Shown here: piece after piece, positions 1-11,292 of the stretch
Layout of the letters: the number at the start of each line of letters is the position of its first letter
Numbering within the stretch: the stretch's first letter is position 1
From: Macrostomum lignano
Taxonomy: Eukaryota
Length of the DNA stretch: 64,000 nt
NCBI GenBank assembly: GCA_002269645.1
Contig: NIVC01000034.1
Coordinates: 124,001-188,000 of the forward strand
Reading direction: 5' to 3'
Notes under the pieces: generated by a model
The model's input: the letters and a program-made list of their open reading frames with translations, nothing else
Told to the model about the DNA's origin: nothing
Databases searched by the model: none
Translations under genes and position numbers: made by a program

Positions 1-168
1 TATTTAATCCCTTTAACATTGAGCAATTTCTTAGCCAAGATGCATGTACCGTCCCAGGAAAATTTCTGATCAAATGGTGCAGGTTTGAAGAAAATCGGTT
101 GAGCCATTTTTTCTGAAATCTATCGCATACCTACCCACATACAGACAACTCATTTTTAGTATATAGGA
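1..168 (-). mobile_element. Non-autonomous Helitron, copy A (5' end only; continues left of window)
   Basis: Same sequence as 2776-2930 and 6228-6393; on the minus strand it begins TCCTATATACTAAAAATGAGTTGTCTGTATG, a TC 5' terminus followed by a microsatellite-like tract typical of Helitron 5' ends. Confidence 0.8.
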
Positions 169-519
169 CTAGCAATCTTCGCCCCCCGATGGGGGACATC
201 TGGATAGAATCTCTGTTCTCTACACGGATCAAAAACACATCCAAATAAAGCCTTCACAAAGACAATATACAAACTGCTCAAATGAAGAGCAATGCGAAAA
301 GAAAACATCCCAAGACAGCATGCAAGCATCCCCCCCAGATAGTAAGCACCCCCAGATAGCAAGCACCCCCCCCCCATAGCAAGCATCCAATTGATAGCAA
401 GTATCTATCCTTAAATAGCAAGCATCCACCAGACAATAAGTATCTAGTGCAACAATTTTCTTAGCTTTATGGTGGCTTCTTTATGATTGGCATGACGCTT
501 CTTTTTACGTTTGTAATTG

Positions 520-2340
520 TCTCTTTTATGTTTGACATGGTGGCTCTTTTATGTTTGGCATGGTGGCTCTTTTATGTTTGACATGGTGGCTCTTTAATGT
601 TTTACATGGTGGGTCTTTAATGTTCGACATGATGGCTCTTTAATGTTTGACATGGTGGCTCTTTAATGTTTGACCTGGTGGCACTTTACTGTCTGCAATG
701 ATGGCTCTTTAATGTTTGACATGGAGTCACGTATACGCTTGACATGGTGACTCGTTAATGTTCGACATGGTGGCTCTTTAATGTTTTACATGGTGGCTCT
801 TTTATGTTCGACATGGTGGCTCTTTAACGTTCGATATGGTGGCTCTTTAATGTTCGACATGGAGTCACATATATGTTAGACATGGTGGCTCTTTAATGTT
901 GGACATGGTGGCTCTTTAATGTTCGACATGGAGTCACATATATGTTGGACATGGTGGCTCTTTAATGTTGGACATGGTGGCTCTTTAATGTTAGACATGG
1001 TGGCTCTTTAAATTTTTTTCATGGTGGCTCTTAAATGTTTGACATGGTGGCTCTTTATTATTTGACATGGTGGCTCTTTAATGTTTGACATGGTGGTTCT
1101 TTAATGTTCGACATGGTGGCTCTTTAATGTTCGACGTGGTGGCTCTTTAATGTTCGACAAAGTGGCTCCTTTATGTTTGACATGGTGGCTCTTTAATGTT
1201 TGACATGGTGGCTCTTTAATGTTTGACATTGTAGCTCTTAAATGTTCGACATGGTGGTTCTTTTACGTTTGACATGGTGGCTCTTTAATGTTTGACATTG
1301 TAGCTCTTAAATGTTCGACATGGTGGTTCTTTTACGTTTGACATGGTGGCTCTTTAATTTTCGACATGTTGGCTCTTTTATGTTTGACATGGTAGCTCTT
1401 TAATTTTCGACAAAGTGGCTCTTTAATGTTTGACATGGTGGCTCGTTAATGTTTGACATGGTAGCTCTTTAATTTTCGACATGTCAGCTCTTTTATGCTT
1501 GACATGGTAGCTCTTTAATGTTCGAAAAAGTGGTTCTTTATTGTTAGACATGGTGGCTCTTTTATGTTTGACATGGTGGCTTTTTCACGTTCGACGTGGT
1601 GGCTCTTTAAAGTTTGACATGGTGGCTTTTTTATGTTTGACATGGTAGCTCTTTAATGTTCGACATGGTGGCTCTTTTAAGTATGACAAAGTGGCTCTTT
1701 AATTTTTGACATGGTGGCTCTTTAATGTTCGACATGTCGGTTCTTTTACGTTTGACATGGTGGCTGTTTAATGTTCGAAAAAGTGGTTCTTTATTGTTAG
1801 ACATGGTGGCTCTTTTATGCTTGACATGGTGGCTTTTTCACGTTCGACGTGGTGGCTCTTTAAAGCTTGACATAGTGGGTTTTTATGTTTGACATGGTAG
1901 CTTTTTAATGTTCGACATGGTGGCTCTTTTAAGTATGACAAAGTGGCTCTTTAATTTTTGACATGGTGGCTCTTTAATGTTTGACATGGTGGCTCTTTAA
2001 TGTTCGACATGTCGGTTCTTTTACGTTTGACATGGTGGCTCTTTAATGTTCGACATGGTGGTTCTTTTACGTTTGACATGGTGGTTCTTTGATGTTCGAC
2101 ATGTCGGTTCTTTTACGTTTGACATGGTGGCTCTTTTATGTTTGACATGGTAGGTCTTTTATATTCGACATGGTGGCTCTTTAATGTTTGACATGGAGTC
2201 ACGTATATATGTTTTACATGGAGTCACAAATATGTTTGACATGGTGGCTTTTTAATGCTTGACATGGTGGCTCGTTTATGTTTGGCATGGTGGCTCTTTA
2301 ATGTTCGACATGGTGCCACTGATATGTTTGACATTGTGCT
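520..2340. repeat. 23-bp minisatellite (GTTTGACATGGTGGCTCTTTAAT) inside Helitron copy B, roughly 79 variant units
   Basis: Direct tandem periodicity visible in sequence. Confidence 0.95.
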
Positions 2341-2396
2341 TCTTTTATGTTTAGCAGTTTCATGTTTTCAAGGTGTTTTAATAAAAAAATTATTTT

Positions 2397-2465
2397 GCAC
2401 TACTAAGATTCGAACCCAGGTCGCTACATTAGCATTCCAGTCTGTTCGCATCTGGGCTATCTCTT
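2397..2465 (-). ncRNA. Degenerate tRNA-like (tRNA-Gly-derived) Pol III unit inside Helitron copy B
   Basis: Minus strand: A-box-like TAGCCCAGATG, B-box GGGTTCGAATC, 3' end AGTGCA, T7 run just downstream; acceptor stem 5' strand missing. Confidence 0.45.
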
Positions 2466-3074
2466 TTCAATTGGAGTACATCAATTGTGGCCCTTATAAT
2501 TCAATTCTTACAGCAAGTCAATTGGAGTAAAAAGTTATGACATAATCAATTTCTCAGTCAGCCAGAAACAGTCTCAATTTAAGTTGGCAATATGGTTACG
2601 CAATTTCATTCAAGTCGTGTGTGCATTGCTTTGACACTGTTTTCAACTTGTTGTGATGCAATCTTTAGCACAATCGGAATTCAGTCAGTCAGTTTTTTCT
2701 CTAGCATTCTTACAATGCATTTCAAGTCGAAAATTTGGCTTGACCTTTGCAAAAAAGCATGTTTTTCGAAAATTTAATCCCTTTAACATTGAGCAATTTC
2801 TTAGCCAGGATGCATGTACCGTGCCAGGAAAATTTCTGATCAAATGGTGCAAGTTTGAAGAAAATCGGTTGAGCCATTTTTTCTGAAATCTATCGCATAC
2901 CCACAGACAACTCATTTTTAGTATATAGGACTAGCAATCTTCGCCCCCCGATGGGGGGCATCTAGATAGAATCTCTGGCACTCTACAAGTATCAAAAAGA
3001 CGGCCAAATAAAGCCTTCACATAGACAATAGAAAAACTGCTCAAATGAAGTGCAATGCAAAAAAATATCCCAGG

Positions 3075-4190
3075 ACAGCAAGCAACCCCCCAGATAGCAA
3101 GCACCCCCAGATAGCAAGCATCCACCTAATAGCAAGCACCCTTAGATAGCAAGCATCCCCAGATAGCAAGCACCCTTGGATAGCAAGGCAAGCATCTCCA
3201 GATAGCAAGCACCCCCAGATAGCAGGCACCCCAGATAGCAAGCATCCACCTAATAGCAAGCACCCCAAGATAGCAAGCATCCACCTAATAGCAAGCACCC
3301 TTAGATAGCAAGCACCCCCAGATAGCAAGCACCCCCAGATAGCAAGCACCCCAAGTAGCAAGCATCTCTAGATAGCAAGCACCCCCAGATAGCAGGCACC
3401 CCAGATAGCAAGCATCCACCTAATAGCAAGCACCCCAAGATAGCAAGCATCCACCTAATAGCAAGCACCCTTAGATAGCAAGCACCCCCAGATAGCAAGC
3501 ACCCCAGATAGCAAGCATCTCCAGATAGCAAGCACCCCCAGATAGCAAGCATCCACCTAATAGCAAGCACCCCCAGATAGCAAGCATCCACCTAATAGCA
3601 AGCACCCCCAGATAGCAAGCATCCACCTAATAGCAAGCACCCCCAGATAGCAAGCACCCCCAGATAGCAAGCACCCCCAGATAGCAAGCATCTCTAGATA
3701 GCAAGCACTCCCAGATAGCAGGCACCCCAGATAGCAAGCATCCACCTAATAGCAAGCACCCCCAGATAGCAAGCATCTCCAGATAGCAAGCACCCCCAGA
3801 TAGCAGGCACCCCAGATAGCAAGCATCCACCTAATAGCAAGCACCCCCAGATAGCAAGCACCCCCAGATAGCAAGCACCCCCAGATAGCAAGAACCCCCA
3901 GATAGCAGGCACCCCAGATAGCAAGCATCCACCTAATAGCAAGCACCCCCAGATAGCAAGCACCCCCAGATAGCAAGCACCCCAGATAGCAAGCACCCCC
4001 AGATAGCACGCATCTCCAGATAGCAAGCACCCCCAGATAGCTAGAACCCCTAAGATAGCAAGCATCCCCCAGATAGCAAGCACCCCCAGATAGCTAGAAC
4101 CCCTAAGATAGCAAGCATCCCCCCAGATAGCAAGCACCCCCAGATAGCACGCATCTCCAGATAGCAAGCACTCCAAGATAGTAGGCACCC
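3075..4190. repeat. 17-bp minisatellite (CCCCCAGATAGCAAGCA) in Helitron copy C, roughly 65 units (only a few units at 320-450 in copy B)
   Basis: Direct tandem periodicity. Confidence 0.95.
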
Positions 4191-4194
4191 CATT

Positions 4195-5790
4195 TATGTT
4201 TGACATGGTAGCTGTTTTGTGTCTGACATGGTGGCTCTTTAATGTTTGAGCTGGTGGCTCTTTTATGTTTGACATGGTGGCACTTTAATGTCTGAAATGG
4301 AGTCATGTATACGCTTGACATGGTAACTCGTAGATGTTTGACAAAGTGGCTCTTTTATGTTCGACATGTGGCTCTTTAATGTTTGACATGGTGGCTCTTT
4401 AATGTTTGACATGGTGGCTCTTTAATGTTTGACATGGTGGGTCTTTAATTTATGACATGGTGGCTCTTTTATGTTTGACATGATGGCTCTTTAATGTTCG
4501 ACATGGTGGCTGTTTAATGTTTGTTATGTAGTCATATGTATATGTTTTACATGGTGGCTCTTTTATGTGTGACATGGAGTCACGTATATATTTGACATGG
4601 AGTCACATATGTTTGACATGGTGGCTCTTTAGTGTTCGATATGGTGGCTCTTTAATGTTTGACATGGTGGCTCTTTTATGTTTGACATAGTGGCTCTTTA
4701 ATGTCTGACATGGTGGCTCTTTAATGTTTGACATGGTGGCTCTTTTATGTTTGACATGATGGCTCTTTAATGTTCGACATGGTGGGCTGTTTAATGTTTG
4801 TTATGTAGTCATATGTATATGTTTTACATGGTGGCCCTTTTATGTGTGACATGGAGGCACGTATATATTCGACATGGAGTCACATATGTTTGACATGGTG
4901 GCTCTTTAGTGTTCGATATGGTGGCTCTTTAATGTTTGACATGGTGGCTCTTTAATGTCTGACATGGTGGCTCTTTAATGTCTGACATGGTGGCTCTTTA
5001 ATGTTTGACATGGTGGCTCTTTTATGTTCGACATGTTGGCTCTTTAGTGTTTGACATGGCTCTTTAATGTTTGACATGGTGGCTCTTTTATGCTTGACAT
5101 GGTGGCTCTTTAATGTTCGACATGGTGGCTCTTTAATGTTTGACATGGTGGCTCTTTTATGCTTGACATGGTGGCTCTTTTATGTTCGACATGGTGGCTC
5201 TTTTTTGTTCTACATGGTAACTCTTTTATGTTTGATACGGTGGCTTTTTAATATCTGACATTGTGGCTCTTCTATGTTTGACATTGTGGCTCTTTTATGT
5301 TTGACATGGTGGCTCTTTAATGTTTGACATGGTGGCTCTTTAATGTACGACATAAAGGTTCGTTTATGTTCGACATGGTGGCTCTTTTAGGTTTGACATG
5401 GTAGCTCTTTTATGTTCGACATGGTGGCTCTTTTAGGTTTGACATGGTGGCTCTTTTAGGTTTGACATGGTAGCTCTTTTATGTTCGACATGGTGGCTCT
5501 TAAATGTTTCACATGATGGCTCTTAAATGTCTTACATGGTGGCTCTTTTATGTTTGACAATGTGGCTCTTTAATGTTTTACATGGCGGCTCTTTTATGTT
5601 CGAAATGGTGGCTCTTTAATGTTCGACATGGTGGCTCTTTAATGTTCGACGTGGTGGCTCTTTAATGTTCGAAATGGTGACTCTTTAATGTTTCACATGG
5701 TGGCTCTTTAATGTTTGACATAGAGTCACGTATTTGTTTTACATGGTGCCCATGTAATGTTTGACATGGTGCCTCTTTTATGTTTGACAT
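4195..5790. repeat. 23-bp minisatellite in Helitron copy C, roughly 69 variant units
   Basis: Same unit as 520-2340. Confidence 0.95.
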
Positions 5791-5849
5791 TGTGCTTTTT
5801 TATGTTTAGCAGTTTCGTGTTTTCAAGGTGTTTTATAAAAAAATTATTT

Positions 5850-5917
5850 TGCACTACTAAGATTCGAACCCAGGTCGCTACGTTGGCAGTCCAGTCTGTT
5901 CGTATCTAGGCTATCTC
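5850..5917 (-). ncRNA. tRNA-Gly(GCC)-like remnant inside Helitron copy C
   Basis: Minus strand GAGATAGCCTAGATACGAACAGACTGGA-CTGCCAA-CGTAGCGAC-CTGGG-TTCGAAT-CTTAG-TAGTGCA: anticodon loop CU-GCC-AA, T-arm, then T7 terminator at 5837-5843. Confidence 0.5.
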
Positions 5918-6561
5918 TTTTCAATTGGAGTACATGAATTGTGGCCCTTATAATTAAATTCTTACAGCAAGTCAATTGGGGTAAAAAGTTATGACATAAT
6001 CAATTTCTCAGTCAGCCAGTATCAGTCTCAGTTCAAGTTAGCAATATGGTTACGCAATTTTAATCAAGTCGTGTGTGCATTTCTTCGGCACTGTTTTCAA
6101 CTTGTTGTGATGCAATCTTTATGACAATCAGAATTCAGCCAGTCAGTTTTTTTCTCTAGCATTCTTACAATGAATTTTAGGTCGAAAGAGCTGCTTGACC
6201 TTTGCAAAAAAGCATGTTTTTCGAATATTTAATCCCTTTATCATTGAGCAATTTTTTAGCCAAGATGCATGTACCGTCCCAGGAAAATTTCTGATCGAAT
6301 GGTGCAAGTTTGAAGAAAATCGGTTGAGCCATTTTTTCTGAAATCTATCGCATACCTACCCACATACAGACAACTCATTTTTAGTATATAGGATATTTAT
6401 AGAAAAAAAATGGTATTCAGTCCATTCTTTGAGTTTTTACGAGCTAAATTTAGATTGAAACTCAGAGTTTAAAACTGTGATTTTATCTTTTTCAATTTAT
6501 GCGAATGCTACTACAAACGCCGGACTTATAACCCATTTTAAAATGGTAAATTATTTTGCAG

Positions 6562-6976
6562 AGCTCAGGAAGATGGCAAAAAATTGATAAATAAACTGAT
6601 CGAAAAGGGAGCAACCGCCAGGCTTCCAGCTGAGCTTCGGCCCTTCCTTGAACCTTTGATAAAAGAAATTGTTCCGCTAGTTACTGGAGCAACCAGCAGT
6701 GACTCCACTGAAGTCTTGCAGCAAACCCTAAGTGTGGTATGTCACAGATACATCGGGTTTGTTGTAACTAGAATCGCCACTAGCATTCCAAAAGCGATAA
6801 TACGCTTCATGCTAAAGCGAATGTCTGTGGACGTATGGAAATACATCAGTGAAGACAAACTGGACGAAGAAACAAAGAAAAAACTAAAAGAGGATGTTGA
6901 ACATAAAATCGAAAAATTGGAACAAAGTATAAAGGAGCTGCAAGACTTGCTGGCAAAGTTTGGATTAAATTCATAA
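6562..6976 (+). CDS. Terminal exon of a dynamin-superfamily (Mx-like) GTPase; GTPase effector domain
   Basis: Acceptor TTATTTTGCAG at 6561; peptide YIGFVVTRIATSIPKAIIRFML...KIEKLEQSIKELQDLLAKF resembles the Mx/dynamin GED (Mx pattern Y...KRI...IP.II.FML...L..F). Upstream exons lie outside the window. Confidence 0.6.
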
Positions 6977-7854
6977 TTAAATTCGTAAACGAGCTATTCT
7001 AGTACAACTGTTAACATTTTTAAAAAGATTAAAACTTTGCTAAGAATCTAGGTCTGTCTGTTTTTCTAGCGATTTGTTTCTTTTTCCCCAGTGGTTAGAA
7101 AAATTGGGGCGTACCCTCTAGGCCGGCGCCCCGGCGGCCCTCAAGGGTACGCCCCATCCCGCAAGATAAAAGTTTGTAGGTTTTCTTCTTTGTACGTATG
7201 AAATATTTTTGTGAGGAAATTATGTAAAGAGCAGAATTTTTAAAGTTGATTTTTTTAGTTTCGGGTGTTTTTGTGCTCGAACCTGACAGTACGCCTTTCA
7301 GTACGTGCAGTGGACAGTGGGGCGAACTATTGATATCCTTATTAATTATTTTCTTGTATAATGAGCTCATTATTTATTTGCATTGACCAATCCTCATACT
7401 ACAGCTAACTTGAACTTTTAACCCTTTGAGCAGCCATCTCTTTGAAAAATTGCTGCAAGCTCCAAAGTGGGGTATAGGCGACTCGTGCAAATTTTTCTGA
7501 GTTTCATACACTTCAGAAATTGGATGTGAACGCAAAAGTGTGCGTTTTAGCCTACCTACTTATAAGTAATACCTTTTGATCTTCGAAATCAACGCAACAA
7601 AAAATATATTTTTTAATACTCCACTACTTAAGCACTAGCGCATGTACAATGTTGCTTGTATTCTTAAGTTTTCATTTAGATGAGTCCGATTTGGTGGTCA
7701 ATTCAGGATTTTTAAAGTAGTGGGGGCAGATTTGCCCAAATTTTTGTTTTGGTCTAAAAAGCCAAAGTAAGCTCAAAATTTACCCCCCTTATATGCAAGT
7801 CCAGCCATGGCAAAGGGGGCGGCCGCCGGGTCTACTACATCTACGAGTACATTT

Positions 7855-8352
7855 GACCGCCACAATTTGATCGCCGTTCTATTCAAGGTGAAATAGGGCG
7901 GCGGGCAAATTGTCTGGCGGGCAAATTGTCTGGCGGGCAAATTGTCTGGCGGGCAAATTGTCTGGCGGGCAAATTGTCTGGCGGGCAAATTGTCTGGCGG
8001 GCAAATTGTCTGGCGGGCAAATTGTCTGGCGGGCAAATTGTCTGGCGGGCAAATTGTCTGGCGGGCAAATTGTCTGGCGGGCAAATTGTCTGGCGGGCAA
8101 ATTGTCTGGCGGGCAAATTGTCTGGCGGGCAAATTGTCTGGCGGGCAAATTGTCTGGCGGGCAAATTGTCTGGCGGGCAAATTGTCTGGCGGGCAAATTG
8201 TCTGGCGGGCAAATTGTCTGGCGGGCAAATTGTCTGGCGGGCAAATTGTCTGGCGGGCAAATTGTCTGGCGGGCAAATTGTCTGGCGGGCAAATTGTCTG
8301 GCGGGCAAATTGTCTGGCGGGCAAATTGTCTGGCGGGCAAATTGTGGCGGTC
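7855..8352. mobile_element. MITE-like element with 15-bp TIRs whose interior is about 28 perfect copies of a 16-bp unit (GGCGGGCAAATTGTCT)
   Basis: GACCGCCACAATTTG at 7855 and CAAATTGTGGCGGTC ending 8352 are exact inverted repeats; array 7900-8345. Confidence 0.7.
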
Positions 8353-8778
8353 TCCGCTGTCGGTCTCCCGCGGCCGCGCCCCCCCCCCTTGGATAGTGGC
8401 GTAAATAAATACTCATTTCAAAGTTTTACATGTAAGTAGGCGGCATACCCTTGCACAAGGTTGCATAATTATTTGAAAGCCGTATGCTTGTATGGGGTGG
8501 ACAGTTGACAGTCAAAATGCCTATATCTACATGTACCTCCATACAGTAATAATTTACCTATTAAACAACAGGTAAGGTCAAAGATAACATATGCGTATGC
8601 CAGCAAAGGTTTAAAATTTTCAATAATTAATTGTACGGTACAATGCGATAGCAAAACAAACTAATCTTAGATGCAGCTATTATCTAGAATCTCGATTTAT
8701 CTTCCAGAATTTTAGAGAAATACAACTAGGACAGGGGAAATCCCGGAAAATCAATCAGGTTTGCCAAGCTGTATTAAA

Positions 8779-8889
8779 GGGGGACCAAGCGCATTTTTGC
8801 CAAAATACAGAGCCACCCCTCCGCCCCCTTGGGTCTTTACCCTTCAGAATCCGCCCCCCCCCACATAAGAAATTCTGCTTGCGCCACTG
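8779..8889 (-). mobile_element. Older partial inverted copy of the hAT MITE at 9227-9413
   Basis: Reverse-complement similarity to 9227-9340; ends CTGCTTGCGCCACTG. Confidence 0.65.
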
Positions 8890-9226
8890 CTAACAGTTCA
8901 AGTAATTCTGGAGAGCACAGAGTGCTGTCTAGAGAAGCTGTTCAGGCTTGGCACAACGCGCCCGCCAAAATTTTGTTAATGTCAACTTTTGCTCATTGTA
9001 ATGATCGAAATTCCTTGCGAGGGATTGGCTAACTATTTTACTTTAAGTGCCAGATAGAGAATCTAGCTCAAGACTGCGGGCCAGAAGGAGGAGAGTGGAG
9101 GGGAGAGGGGAGAGATGTGAGATGTGAGAGGAGGGAAGAGAGGAGAGAGGCGAGATGAGAGAAAGAAGGGAGATAAAGGGAGAGAGGAGAGAGGCGAAAG
9201 GAGAGATGTCAGAGGAAGGGAGCAAG

Positions 9227-9413
9227 CAGTAGGGCAACCAGAAATTTTTTGAGGGGGGGGCGGATTCTGGAAGGTAAAGTCCCGTGAGGGAGGGGGCGGA
9301 GGGGAGGCTCTGTTTTTGGCGAAAATTCGCTTGGTCCCCCCTTCAATTTTTTCTGGGTCTCCGCCTAAGGGGGGGGGGACCGCCCCCCCCCGCCCCCCCT
9401 GGTTGCGCCACTG
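9227..9413 (+). mobile_element. hAT-type MITE, 187 bp
   Basis: TIRs CAGTAGGGCAACCAG / CTGGTTGCGCCACTG (13/15); perfect 8-bp TSD GGAGCAAG at 9219-9226 and 9414-9421. Confidence 0.85.
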
Positions 9414-11292
9414 GGAGCAAGGAAAGAGGGGAAAGGAGGAGAGAGGGGAGATTTTGATGAGAAAAGGAGAAGAAATTAGCAAAAAAGCTGAGAAGAGATG
9501 CAAACCTTGAGCGGGCTGGATTGTTATTGGCATGGGAAGTTAGAAAGGACCCGAGGGCTGGATAGAGAGACTGCGGGCCGCATGTGGCCCGTGGGCTGGA
9601 GTTTGCTGACCCCTGCAGCCTGCAGTAGGCTATGCATGACGGGCCCAGTTAACTGCATAATGGCAAATAAGAGACATGGGAGATTGGAGATAGGAGACTG
9701 TCTCCCCTGTCTCCCCTTCATTTATCTCCCCGATTACGAGTAGGGCACAGTCACTCAGTCACATTTTGATAAGGAGGGATACATAGACATAGATATTTTC
9801 TCAGTTTTCATATTCAGAGGCGGTCAGAGCTCAAATGGGACAGGTCATGAATAAATAACAATCTAACCCCCGCCTTGTCATTTTTCCGGATGAATAAATC
9901 CACTGAATCATAAAGGTTTCAAAGTGCCTTTGCGTTCTCATGACAGTTTTTGCCACTCAATTATTCTAGTCTTACTGAATCCCGAGTTAACAGAAAATTA
10001 TAGCTCGGCGCACGTCCGCCAGCTTGAATATTCTCGCTATATTGTTCTCTATTTGCGATCGTCTTTTACAACCCGACATCAATAAAACCCGTGTGGGCTT
10101 TATCTCTCATTAACAGAAATCTCTCATCAATTATAGCCTGTATAAAGCTTACTCATTTTGAGTTGCTCTTAGAAAAATGTTTTGAATTTCCTGGCCAGTG
10201 GCAATAACCCGTAATGACAGGGCAATGCAAGGAATTATTTTAACCTAGAGGTGACAGCTAATTTTGGCCAATTCATTTCAGTTGGGTGGGGGGGGGTTAG
10301 AAGAAAGGCTAGAGAAGTGATATGGGAATTTCTACGTTGTACCGTTCTTGCCTGCTTAAGCGAACCTATGCGAAACAAACAAACTGTCCTGACTCCTTAT
10401 CAGTGCAGGTCATCAAGTTTTTTCTATTCCCATATTGCACCAAAGATAAAGGAAGAACAAAGACGAATTTCGTGCGAGGCTTGACAAGGTCTGAACTATA
10501 TATATATATATATTTTTTATAAGTTACAACCTAGCATAAACACATAAATACTTTGATACGGAAAGTATTGATTCGATCTGACCTAAAATAGGTGCCAGCA
10601 AAAGAAAGAAAATATTCATAGCATTTTATATGTGCTTAAAAGTAAAACCAGATGGTAACAGATGGAAATTACAGTTGTGCAGCTAGTTGATTATTATCAA
10701 TGGGATAAGTAAAATATTACAAAAATTCTGTTGGCTTGAATTGGAGGTAGGAATACTGTATACAATACCATTAGTATTTCATACTCGTATACTGGGGTTT
10801 AAGAAAATAAATCCCCCATTTCAGCCACATACAGCGGCATCACCTCCCACTAAGTTTCCGGCCCCTCCACCCCTCCTACACAGTTTTGAGCTAAATTACC
10901 CCTCCGGCCTCTATAACACCGAATTTTAAGCTGTACCTAATTCTAGGGTTCAAGAATGTAAACAATAAAGATAGAATCAATATAATCAGTCTCTAAAATA
11001 ACTCCAGTTCATGAATGACCGATCGCCAGGCTTGTAGTAAACTCGTGAAACTGCGGATCCTAAAAGTAAAGATAAAATGGCAGTTGCGATCGAGTATGCA
11101 TCGTAATATACTAATATTTAACTCACAATCTACAATCATGTCTGCGTGTTGAAGCTGAGAACATATACAGGAAGAAATTGCAGAATTGCAGAATACAGGG
11201 AATACGAGAATCGAGATAGAAGGAAATCGGATTGATATAAAAAACCAGAGAAAGATATTTTTAGTACTCACTTGCGACTCACGCGTCCTACA

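Larger units (their letters stand above)
169..2930 (-). mobile_element. Non-autonomous Helitron, copy B (2762 bp)
   Basis: Minus strand starts TC (2930) and ends CTAG (169); GC hairpin CCCCC-ATC-GGGGGG about 10 nt before CTAG; joined directly CTAG|TC to neighbours; no Rep/Hel ORF. Confidence 0.85.
2931..6393 (-). mobile_element. Non-autonomous Helitron, copy C (3463 bp), outermost copy of the tandem array
   Basis: Minus strand A|TC 5' junction at 6393/6394, 3' hairpin GCCCCCC-ATC-GGGGGGC and CTAG at 2931; about 600 bp of unique internal sequence shared with copy B. Confidence 0.85.

Noticed and set aside
5850-5917. Functional tRNA-Gly gene
   Set aside because: No 5' acceptor strand to pair with AGTGC, weak D and anticodon stems, and the second copy has a mutated loop.
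3041-8439. ORFs in the 17-, 23- and 16-bp arrays
   Set aside because: Open in several frames on both strands with pure repeat translation; no splice or domain support.
8943-9615. Larger hAT-Charlie-like element around the MITE (end GCGGGCCGCATGTGGCCCG...GACCCCTG)
   Set aside because: TIR match is poor and no 8-bp TSD is present, so boundaries cannot be supported.
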